Origin: Raillietiella orientalis
Lineage: Eukaryota
NCBI GenBank assembly: GCA_036172245.1
Contig: JAYWIR010000010.1
Span: 1,240,001 to 1,304,000 of the forward strand
DNA: 64,000 nucleotides
Direction: 5' to 3'
The position numbers and the translations under genes are program-made. Position 1 is the first letter of the stretch. Every line of letters starts with the position of its first letter. The notes beneath the pieces were generated by a model. The model searched no databases. It was not told the DNA's origin and saw nothing but the letters and a program-made list of their open reading frames with translations. Below are positions 12,401-24,114 of this stretch, piece after piece.

Positions 12401-13165
12401 AAATGCAAGATTTTAGTATAATTACTTCAGTTGGAATGAATCATGTGGAGGACTTGGATACGCGGGTAAGCACATAAGTGAACACACAAATAAATAGCTT
12501 TATTTAATCAGAAGAAATTAGCAACAATTACTCGCAGTAAATAATTATACTTGCTAAAGAAGCAAAATCTAAGTTTAATTCCATGAAAAACAAATGGGTA
12601 TACATACACACAGCAATTTTACAGTTACATTAAATGAATTGTTTTAGCAGTTGCGTTAAGATAAATAAACATAAAGTTGAGGCGATCCCAATGAAAACAA
12701 AGAAATGCCCATTATTAAAAGTCTGGAAATATCTACTAATTCGACACCCCAAGTGAGTTAACGTATAAATTAGCTTTTCTACTCCTATCGAGTGAAAGGA
12801 ATTTATCGTGTGGGTTTGTTTGAGATTTGTTCCTTACATATTTCATTTTCTACTTCAAAAGTAGGAACAAGAAATTTAGCTTTAAAAAGCCGATGCCAAA
12901 AAATACTGCTTTTGCTAATGCTTCTGCTGAACTGCTCCTACTAGTCCCACGAATCGAAAATCGGTGGCAGCATTTTGGGTATTCTGCTTTTCGCTGGCAC
13001 CCCAACTTCCCTACGCATCCAACCTTTTCCCAGGGCGTCCGGATACATCCTTCTTCGATTTTTGAAATGAAACTAATCGTTTCAAGTCTCCTCAAGGGCC
13101 AAAGTGTGTGGCCATCCGTTTTCCCCACTCTGCGTGGTTTACAAGCACACGCTAACGTGGATGGA

Positions 13166-13168
<3 letters not shown>

Positions 13169-13198
<30 letters not shown>
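13169..13198. repeat. (GT)15 microsatellite
   Basis: Directly visible. Confidence 0.95.
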
Positions 13199-13201
<3 letters not shown>

Positions 13202-14331
13202 GGAAAAAACGATTCTTTTCCTCTGCCACTGTGCTTTTGTTGTCTTTGGTTCTATGTGCGATTTTCGTTTTTTTTTATTTGGGCGAGCGTTTCTAAAAAT
13301 TATGACCTACAACTGCCCCCTTAGTTACAGTGTGTGTTTCCTAACACGCACACCACAAAACCGTGTTTGTTGCGGTTGTCTTGAGCAAGCCCTATTGAGG
13401 AAGCCCTATCGTACATTCCGTTTTCCATCCTCGAGGACACGTGATGGATAAATTTTCAAGTCATTGCTCGTGCTCTACTCAAGTGTATCGTGCACCAAGA
13501 CTGCTGAACGAAACACGAATGCTATTAGGATGATCCGTTTCAAACTAATCATGAAAATTAAACTGGAAACCCGACGGCAAATTACGAAAACATGCTAGCA
13601 TTTCTGTCAAGTTGAACGGATACAGAAAAAAGATCTTTCAACTGTGCAAACACGATTAAGATGCACGAAGCTGAGAGTTGAAAAGCTTGGGCTCCTCTTT
13701 TAATTGCTCTTTATCTGAAATTCAACGGCTTACGAAAATCTCTTTTATCCGAACGCAAGATCAGTAAATGTACATAAACGTGTGGATGGCACAGAATGCT
13801 TCCAAATGAATGAGAGGTTGGTCACATGTTGGTCTTCCAGGTAACTCACCTTAGTCCTATCTACACTCTGATTCTCCAAATCTTTCGCTCATTTCGTCGA
13901 TCCACACGAACCCATTCATTGTTTAAAAGCTCTGGAGATTTGCAAAGAATTCAGAATTGAGAATTCATTTTTTTCTTTGTCTAATGTAAAACTCCAAGTA
14001 CTCTAATTTTTTTAAGAAATACATGAATCCGGTTACCCAAGACTTGGGAAATTCAAAGCGTGGTTGTAGGGCTTTGTTATGACTTTTTTTTTGGATACTC
14101 CGTCGTGATTGTAATGGTCTCTCGGCCTTAATCTCACTTTCTATTTACTCAAGTCTAAGACGGGTGTTTGCTTTGCAAGCACGATGGTTTCTGCTTAATA
14201 AACTCCGAACTTTTTGTCTTCTGGGAAGTCTTGGTGTGTGTGAGGCAGAATGTGCCACTGCACGTTGGCAGGCCTTTCGATGGTGAAATGAAATTTCTAA
14301 CATTCAGTCAACGATACAGCTTTTGAAAAAA

Positions 14332-17300
14332 ATGGGCCTGCTAACTTGTGGAACTCCCCTCACATGGAAAGAAACCAAAGCTAAAGCTGACTATGTTAGA
14401 CAGTGTGGTATAAAACAATTTATCCGAATGTATCATGCACTGAAAACAAGAAGAGGAGATACGCTGATGTGGGGTGATGAAGTAATTTTTTTGCATATTA
14501 TCATCAATTTGCTAGCCTTGAATTTAGAATGCTCTTAATTGCCACTCTTTGTAGATTTCATGGCAAGAAGCAATTTCTTTACATGCTAAATTTTTCGTTT
14601 AGGGTCAGTTTTTGCATTCTAAATATTCACTAAGTAGTACTGGAAACCTTTTAGAAGAAAATGTAATAAATTTTTTTTAATTTTGTTAAATAATAAGTAT
14701 TAATTGTTTTATTGTTTTTCAGATAGAGTATATGATAGTAAAATTTGACCATGATAAAAAAACCGCAAAGCTTTCTTTACGTGCTCATGAAATTTTAACT
14801 GCACTACATGAATCGTTGGACGTAAATGGAGAAAGGTATGTGCTTTCAAAAGAAGTCACCATCCAATATTTCGAGAAAAACCAAAATACTATTAAAGATT
14901 TCTGCATTTGTGGAAGTGGTGTGCAGCACAAAGGTGTTGATTTCACTGCATGACTGATAGTTGTACAAACCATAACTCCGGAGCAGTTTGTTTGTTTTTT
15001 CTTTTCCCTGGAATTACATTAAAATCTCTTAAGTATTGCGATCTTTAACTTATAAAGTATAAATTTTATTTTGACATTCTCAGGCAGCTGTTAAGAGATG
15101 AAATGGTCATTCCAGTTTGTATAATATTCCATAGAATTACAATGTAATATTCCTGTGTAGATTTACTGTGTTCCCTATCTGATTGTGATTTGTGTCAAGT
15201 TAAATGAAGAAAAGTAAATCGAATCAAGTCGATATAATGTTATATTTTCACATCTTATTTTCAAGCCGTACAAATCATCTCTGGATGAATTAGAGAATTG
15301 GTAGCATGAAAATTTGGAAATAATAATATGTCCATTCATCTTTTAATGACTATTTAATTTTTTGTGATATAGGCAAACATTGGATTTTTTCTTATGATTG
15401 CACATGATTGAAAATGATTAATGCAGAAAGCAGTAACTTTGTGAATAGGTTTTCCCAATTGACATAACCTTCATCAATTAATTAAATCTTCAGTAATCTT
15501 TTTTCTTTTCATAGCAGTTGAGAGATCAGACATAAGAGAGATCTTATATTTTAATACTATTTTATAGCATTATATACAAGCAGTCATGTGACATAGTGAC
15601 CCTTTTTAAATTGTAATTTAGCTGAAAAATTCAGATGAGTAAATGTGGTCATTTTATGTGCACAGTATTCTTAACAGCTCTATCAAACAAGTTTATAAAC
15701 ATCCAATACGTATGTATTTAAACACAGCTTGAATTAATGATCACCAGAGGTGAGACAAGTTTACAATATCATTTGTATTTCACGTGGAAAAGGCTTAGCA
15801 AAGACTAAAGTTGCTACCACATACATTTTTTTATAGCTATCGCTGTGCTACCATTGAATTACAAACTCGTCCATATCATGATGTAAATTTTCTATGAAGC
15901 TGATAAAACTTATCTTGAGTATCCTCATGATAGTTAACATATTAATCTTAAATCAAGTGATATGTTAGTTGCTTTCATATTCAGTCTTTGCAAAGTACGT
16001 AATTGTCTTATGAAACATGATGTGGTTTTATTATTTTTATGTACCTTCTTTATTGTTTTTAAGAATTGTGTTTCTTGATTTGGGCAGAATTTCTCATTTT
16101 TTTGTACTGAATTCTAATATTCAAGCTCTTGCAAAAGTCTAACAACATGACAAGGGTTTTGACTAAATTTTCCATTCTTTAAAGTTACTCATTTCAGTGA
16201 TGCTAAGAAAAAAAAGATTCTTTTTCTTCTATTTTTTATTTCACATTCGGATCGAATGAATTTTATAAGTTGTTAATTCGGAAGATTAATTGTAAAGTCA
16301 GAGCTAAAAAAAAATAAGCTTTTCTTTAGATTATCGTTTTCTATCTAACTGTTTGACCATTCCTTAAGTACTAATTTGCGAAGTTATTTTTAGTCAAGAT
16401 TCTGTTTGGAAACCAGAATATGCTTCTTATATGATTGAGGGAACACCCAGATTACCATATGGCTCTTTGATGGCTCACTTTAATATTGTTGAATCTGACA
16501 TGACTTCCAGAAGAAAACAAATATCAAAATTTTTGCATCCTGATGAAGTTCTGTTTACAATGACTTGTTTCCCAAGGTAAGGTACTTCTGAAAAAGAACA
16601 TGCTTGTACATATCTGTGTTAGAATTGGTTGTCCGAACTTTACATCACCTTCTTACCAACCAACACCAAACTTGGGAGCTTCAAGATCTCTTTTTTACCC
16701 AGATGAAGCAATTTATCAGGGACATCCACGTTTTAAAACACTTACTGAAAATATTCGTAAGAGACGACAAGAGAAGGTGGTGATCAATGTTCCAGGTTGT
16801 TAAGGTTGAGTTTTTATAAATATGTTGATATTGGATTACAGTTTTTATGGACTCCAAGACTCAGGATCCCTTTATTGAAGACTTCAGTGACATTGGTGAC
16901 AATGGAGAAGCACTGCAATATTCGCAACCCAATCATGTTTATATGGATGCAATGGGTTTTGGTATGGGTTGTTCTTCCATACAGGTTACTTTTCAAGCTA
17001 GCTGCATTGAGGAAGCTCGTAAACTATATGATCAGTTAGCTCCAATTTGCCCAATAATGGTAAAGTGCATTTAGCATTCTTTTTGAAAAAGAAAAATTGT
17101 AGATGGCACTCAGTGCAAATTCCCCTGTGTATCGTGGTGTGCTATGTGATACAGACTGTCGATGGAATGTTATCTCAGCTTCAGTGGATTGTCGTACAAG
17201 AGAGGAACGTGGCCTTAAGCCATTGGTCAACGAGCAGTTTCGCATTTATAAGTCTCGTTTTAGCTCCATAGATTCTTACTTAGAGGTTGCTAGTGAGAAG

Positions 17301-18425
17301 TAATAGCATCCAGTTCACTGAAACGTTCCATGCACCTCTTCTCACAGGTATAATGACATCCCCCTGGTGTATGACCCACATATTTACAATGAACTGAGAG
17401 CTGCTGAAATAGATCATCTGTTGGCCCAGCACATTGCTCACTTATTTATCCGAGATCCAGTGGTGTTATTTCAAGAGCACATGGATCAGAGTGATGAAGA
17501 TACAGATCATTTTGAGGTTAGTGTAACATAGCAGATGTCTATAGTGCATTACCGAATTACAGAACATCCAGTCAACTAATTGGCAGACAATGCGATTTAA
17601 GCCCCCACCTGCTCGTAGTACTATTGGTTGGCGTGTTGAGTTTCGACCCTGTGAGCTACAGTTTACTGATTTTGAGAATGCCGCCATCATTTGTTTTGTG
17701 GTGTTGCTTACCAGAGTGATTCTAACATATCAGCTGAATTTTTTGATCCCCCTTAGCAAGGTGTATGAGTCATATGTTTTACTTGGGACTCAACATGTTT
17801 GGTAGGTAGATGAAAATATGCAGAATGCCCAAAAACGAGATGCTGTGAATAAAGAACAGTTTTGGTTTCGAAAAAATTTTACTAATCCAATAGCATCATC
17901 GAAAAATCATGAAATGTTGCTACAAACAGATGGAGACAACACTGAAGAATTTGTACGAATGAACATTGATGAGATTATCAATGGAAAAGTATGTAGCAAG
18001 CACTTTGAGCAAATAAGAATGGGTGTTTTTTAGGAAGGGATTTTTACTGGACTCATTCCTCTCATTCATGCATTTCTTCAGAACACAGACATTGATGCAG
18101 ACACACATTGTACCATTCAGCTTTATTTGAGCTTGATTCAGAATCGTGCATCAGGTAATCTGATGACACCAGCAGCATGGACTCGTCAGTTTATCACTTT
18201 ACATCCTCATTACAAGTGAGTATAGTGATCAACATTCATCCATAATGGAGAACGTCCAGGAAAGATTCACTGGTGTCAGAACTGATAAACTATGACTTCA
18301 TGGTGGCTGTGCATGAAATTCAAAGGGGAATTAGACTGTGTCCAGAGCTACTAGGCACTAGAACAGAAACAAAGACCAGCAGCAGCATTCCAGATGTTAT
18401 TAGCCACCTAAATGTTAACAGATGA
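14332..18425 (+). CDS. GCLC: Glutamate-cysteine ligase catalytic subunit; 11 exons: 14332-14481, 14723-14835, 16394-16576, 16623-16795, 16842-17059, 17103-17299, 17348-17516, 17563-17760, 17806-17988, 18034-18215, 18260-18425
   Basis: Hallmark peptides [84 protein letters not shown]. All introns are GT-AG and phase-compatible. Confidence 0.98.
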
Positions 18426-18532
18426 AAACAAATATTAAGCATTTTCATCTGTTGTTCATAATAAAACTTTCATAATAATAAAACTTCGGTAACATGTAAA
18501 AAAACAAACTGTATTTACCATCAAAAAAATAA

Positions 18533-19923
18533 TTATAATTTAAAAGCCTCATAAATTAGAAAGACAAGACACACATTTGGTGTCACGTGGCAGAGATATG
18601 GGGTGAGGCCTTTGTAAAAACCAAAGACACCTTCGTTTCTAAGTATCTTCTTCATAACTTCTTTAACTCCTTTATCCATATGATATTGGTCCTGCAGACG
18701 TGTACGGATAACATGATACGGATATGTTACAATTGCTGAAAAAACTTTTGAAAAAGCAGCACAAATGAGATATTCTTGAAGTTTCTGCAATTTAATCATT
18801 AATGGTTTTACTTTTACATACTTACTAGTGCTGTATCATATGGCAATTTCTTACAGACATTGTACTGAGTCTTCAAGTGTTCATAAGTAACAAATTGAAT
18901 TACTCCATGTGCCACTCCACATATGCCTGGAAGAAATCCCTAAACGCATACATAACTAAACTTCTTGTTAAAACTTCACCTTGTATAATCCAGCTACTCC
19001 TTCATAATGTAACACTTTATTGAAAGCATCTAGCATGCCAGTGTACTGTTTGTGTTGGGGTAAAAGCTTGAGGGTCAATGGGTCATATTGCAAACACAAC
19101 CTATCACAGACATCGTGAGGTGTAAAAAGCGTTTCTAAAGAATCAAACCTTGTTTTTACTACTGTAACAGGGTTTGTTATAACTAAAGTTGAAACTCCAG
19201 CAGCACTAGCAGCTATCAAGTGGCTAGTGAATCCAGGAACCTCACCTGCCTTTTTATGGTGTTCAACCAAAGGTGACTTTACAGAATTATAACTGAAGAT
19301 AACACAACACTTTTGTAATTATTATGCATCTTGCATTCACAATGCATTCACTAAAATGGGGCACAATTTGGGTTGGAATAGGAACAGAGGGAAATTGATT
19401 AGCGGAAGTAAATCACACACACCATCATCAAAGAAATGCAAAATAAACAAAATTTAACTTATTACTCAACGCTGAAACTTTTAATGAATGCAAGTAAAAA
19501 AACTAATAATGAAAACTTCACATCGCTACTAATGAAAAAAATGAGTAAAATTACGCTAACCGCGATCACTTTTGGATGTTTGAAATGCTACTCACAAGAA
19601 AAAGTAACTTCCCCAGCCGCTTGCTGCTGCTATCATGTTGGGAGCAACCCCTTTATAAAGGCCAAAAAATCCTTCTTGTCTGGTTATGGTGGAAAGTGCA
19701 TTAAGCACTCCTTGATACCTTTTATGAACTATTATTCCATCATTCACTAGACATGCACATGTTCATCGATGTATTATTTAAAAGTTAGCAAACCTGCAAA
19801 TCTAATCTTGACTAAATCAAATGGATGGAACAAAAGTGTGGATGCAACGCCGCCAGTTATTCCTGCCAATAAATGCTTTGACGTGCTCCAATTTGATGAA
19901 CTCATTTTACGCTTGGCACTCAT
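18533..19923 (-). CDS. SLC25A32: Mitochondrial carrier, folate/FAD transporter type; 6 exons: 19923-19794, 19746-19596, 19292-19149, 19100-18980, 18939-18828, 18784-18533
   Basis: Three carrier repeats with Px[DE]xx[KR]xR-like signatures: HPFDLVKIRFAVNDG, TNPVTVVKTRLCLQYD, TYPYHVIRTRLQDQ. Also GLYKGVAPN..SGWGSYFFFYN and HGVIQFVTYE. These segments match what I recall of SLC25A32. Confidence 0.9.
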
Positions 19924-20391
19924 ATTTGCAACACTTTTCCATTACTCTACATCCATGATATGTCAGTCATGGGGATGAACATTCATCATGAGATGCTTGG
20001 GTTATATTTCGGCATGCAGCATCTAGGTTCACAGAAACCCCAGTTTCCTTCAGTATACGCCTTTTGCACACCACTCTTTCAACTGAACTCACAAGCACCC
20101 AAGCACGCCACATTTACCTCCAAACCACGTTACCTGCTTAAATAATTAGCCCTGTCATTTTCTTCGAGAACTAAGAAACGATTGGCAATTATTTCCTCAT
20201 TCCACCCATTATCATGTCGAAGACAACCATATCTCTTTCGCTGCATAACCGTACCATTCCAACACTTGCTACCAAATAAGAAAGTCAAGGTTCCTGCGAA
20301 AAGGCAAAGCTTATGGCGAAGGCGAGTGCGGGCCGTCGGGGGATTTTTGCGGAGTTGCGTGCCCGGATAGAGGGAATCTCCCTGAAATAGA
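19924..20391. promoter_or_regulatory. Probable bidirectional promoter and 5' UTRs between SLC25A32 and COPS9
   Basis: Head-to-head start codons 468 bp apart, with a local CpG/GC-rich patch (~20200-20520) inside CpG-poor gene bodies. Confidence 0.65.
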
Positions 20392-21182
20392 ATGAAACCT
20401 TCTATCGTCGCCGACGAGATGTTCCCGGAAGGAGTGGGCCAGTGCATGGACCTCGAAGAAGTAAGTACAAATCGGTTAAATTGACTAACCAGTTCATGAC
20501 GATCGGTGTTCGTCCAAGAATGGTTCCTCGTGAGCTTTTCAAATCCGTACAAAAAAAAAGCAAACATAATGTATGCATGGCATAATGTATTTTTTGACTT
20601 TATGGAAAGCTTACAGCTGAGAATTTGTGGCAAAAAAAAAAAAAATTTGAAGTGCTTATCGACTTATTTTAGGCCAGTGGATCAACGACATTTCTGATTG
20701 ATATCACATCCAATGAAAAGGCTGTACATGGGGATTTTTTTAACGGTACGCAAACTATTGATGCATGTGTGCAGACTTTTTGGTATGATGTAAGGATTTT
20801 TCTCTCAAATGAGTCACCTTAACGTAAATTTTCATTTTACCCTTTCTTGTTTGGTGGATTCACCATAAAGAAACTGAGCCAAATACTTGTATGTATAGCA
20901 ATATGTTACAGTTGTCTGATATTTGCAATTCATCATCAGTAAAAAGTGCTCAAGGTAAGGTATTATTTCATGTTGGTTAAGTCTTCCAAGCGGTTACATT
21001 AATTCCGTGATTAAGCCTAGTGATGGTAATGCATTCATGATCTTGAAATGTGTGGCTATTCTGATGAAATGAAGCATCAGATCCTTTCAAAGATATTCAT
21101 TTGAAGTGTATTCTAGATTATATGAAAAAAAAAAAATATTTCAGATTTTCCTGATTCCTTTAACGATGATGATCTCGACTGA
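20392..21182 (+). CDS. COPS9: COP9 signalosome subunit 9 (CSNAP/MYEOV2) microprotein, 59 aa; exons 20392-20460, 20673-20745, 21145-21182
   Basis: Spliced translation [59 protein letters not shown]. It is colinear with human CSNAP as I recall it ([57 protein letters not shown]). Donors GTAAGT and GTACGC, acceptors TTTAG and TTTCAG, phases compatible. Confidence 0.95.
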
Positions 21183-24086
21183 GCCCTGCAACACTGAGAA
21201 ATTTGAAATTTTTGTTAACAGAAAAGTACAAGTGGAATCCATAGAAAGACTGTAACTTCCCTAGATTAGAATACTTGGAACCTATAGAACAATGTAATTT
21301 CCCTGTATTAAAATACATTCTATATTTTTGAAAAAAGGTTTTTTGTTATAAAAATGTACATTTCAAAATACATTTTACATTGCAACATTACAAACACTGG
21401 GAAGTTATTTGGAGGTGAAACTATTTTGGAAGAATTCTTGTGATTTTCATTGAATTATGTTTCAGGATTTCCAGAAAACTGGTCTTAAATGCTATTATAT
21501 TATCAAATGATATATTAATACAAAATACTGCACAAATGATCATTTACAACGACCTCAAGATTACTGTTTGGAATAGACATGTTTTATAAAAGTAACTTTT
21601 TTTTTCCTTACAATTGCAAATTGGCTTTTCGATGTAGTAATTTTAAAAAGGAAAGAAATTCTGTGGATTTAGAAATTTTCCAGTCTTCTGTCCTTGAGGT
21701 TTTTCTTTTATCTGGTTTTTCCCTATTTTTAGAAGTATGTAATGAATTTGTTGCTTTGGATAAATGTAACAGCCTGTTCCTCTATTATACTTATAAAGGA
21801 ATTCATAGCATTGAGAAAGCTGTTTGATGTTGAAATCAAAGTATTTAAAAAAATTCAGTTATTAGTAAGTACGAGTTCATAAACTTGTACGTATTAACAT
21901 TGTATTCTTTAATAAATTAATGGGATTTATTGAAAAAGGAACTTTTTCAAACAAAGAATTGTTGCATGTCAATTCATATGAATAATCATGACATTTCTGC
22001 AGCTTGTTGATACATGTTAGCTGTGTACAAGCCTGTCATTTTCTGTTCACTTCCCTCATCCGTCTTACATAGCATAGATACATATTGTTTGCATCTTATT
22101 TGATTACATTCATAATGTGAAAATTGAGGTGTATGGCATATTATTAATTATCATATGATTTAGAGTGCATTATAAAAAGTTGAATTTCCTATGTCATGCT
22201 TCTCCTGGTGAACTTTTACCATTTCTAGAGGAGTTTTGTATGGGGGGTTTTCTTAATGAAGAAACTCAGCTTTCTCAAAAATAATGATGATAATTGCATC
22301 ACGCAAAAGATATTTGAAACGGATGGTCTGTTTATTCCTTTAGCAGAGAATGTTTTGCAAGGGGAAACGGTTTTGTGTTTGGGTGAAAAAGCTTCAAGCT
22401 GAAACATCATAAAGAGCTGTGTCAACACATGAATTAAAGAAAGCTTTCGTGCACTGGCAAAAAAAAAAAAAAAGAATATAAAACTTAATTGACTTCTAAT
22501 AATCAATTAGTTCAAAAAGGTTCAAAGGTTGAAATGAACCCCATCGGAAATGGTGGTCATTAGAATAATTGATACCCATGGCGATTAGGCCTCATCATAG
22601 GCTCTCCAGTTGTCTTTTTGAGAACCCACTAATTCCGAAGACAATAGCAAAATATTGGATTAGTCGTGCATGGTATTTATGTTTAAATTTTTGCTCAGTC
22701 CGGATACTCGTAGTAACTCTTAATTGCTTCTATTTTACTCTTCCTTTCCTGTCGCGTACTACAGCAAAGATGACTTCAATTAAAAAGTCGCACATCTGCA
22801 GCATTTGATCGGGTAGTCTGAATGGAAATGAAAAGGTTTGCAGATATAATGAAGGCAAATAAGTCTGTGAGAGGTCGAGAGTTGTTGCAGCCACACTCGA
22901 CTCGAATGGGCGCGAAGTTGTCATACTTTCCAAGTCGAATTCTTCTACCTTTTCATTTTACTTTTGGCAGTGATTTTCTACCGATTCAATCGGCAAAAAA
23001 AACATTCAATTGGCGATCAAATTAGATTTTAAAAAAATAAATCTCACTGACGATGGCAAATCGATTTTAAAGTGTTCTCAAGGTTGCCAAACACGCATCG
23101 GCTTTCACCACTGCCACGCATTTAACCACCGGAATTGCCCGGTGCCCAGAATGCTTCATCAAGCTGCTTTCCAGCATGCCCAATCGTTATAGCCACCACA
23201 GTGGTTGAAGTTCATAAGTGGTGATTATCTAAAAAGACTTACACCGTCAACGATGAATTCAGAATTAACAAATGCATAAGTGTACAAGCATTTCGTGTGT
23301 GTGCGGTATGTGTTTTTCAAAGTAATGGTATTTGCATTCATACCACGAGGGACACACATTTAATGCTGGAGTCCAACTGTGTCCGTTTTTGCAGCCTTTG
23401 TAACACATACCATCCGTTCAGATATCAAACTCACCAGAGAAGTTTCATTCTTTGAAAACAGATTTTCTTAACCTTGTACTCGACATCAAGCCTTGAAATA
23501 TACATATAGTTAAAATTCGATTTTTTTTTTTCGATTTTTTTTCTTCTTTTGAATCCTACTCAGCGCTTTTCTGTGGCATTAACGTACTTCGATTTTCTTC
23601 AAGCATTTTTTGAACTGCAGTGTTGCCACCATCACGCCTCGAATCGTGTGAGACCGTACCTTGCCATAAAACTAATGCCTCTATCCTGGATCCGTTTGCC
23701 GTGGATTTCATCCCAGCTCACTCTCTTGTGTATCGGGTAGTGTTTCATCATGGGAATTTCAGGCAATGGAATCCATGTCAGCTCGAAGAATGGATTGCGA
23801 TGCAAAGTTTGCAAATTCACGAGTCGCCTTGTCGAAATCCCGAATTGCCTGCAAGCGGTGCCGACGTGCGCTGCCCACAGTCGGTGAAGTAATTAAAATC
23901 CATCTTCTGACGAAAAAAAAAAAAAAAAAAAATAACAGTAGCAATAGTGATAGTAAAATATTAAATATTTATAGAATGGTAATAACAGAGGAATGTATTT
24001 TTTTGGATTGCATTATACTCTCCAAAATTTAGCTTAAGATGGAACGAGAAATTGATTGAAGCCTAATGATTTCATAAACTAAAGGT

Positions 24087-24114
24087 TCTCTCTCTCTCTC
24101 TCTCTCTCTCTCTC
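24087..24114. repeat. (TC)14 microsatellite
   Basis: Directly visible. Confidence 0.95.

Noticed and set aside
13400..14331. Nrf2/CncC antioxidant response element upstream of GCLC
   Set aside because: No clear TGACnnnGC match found by eye.
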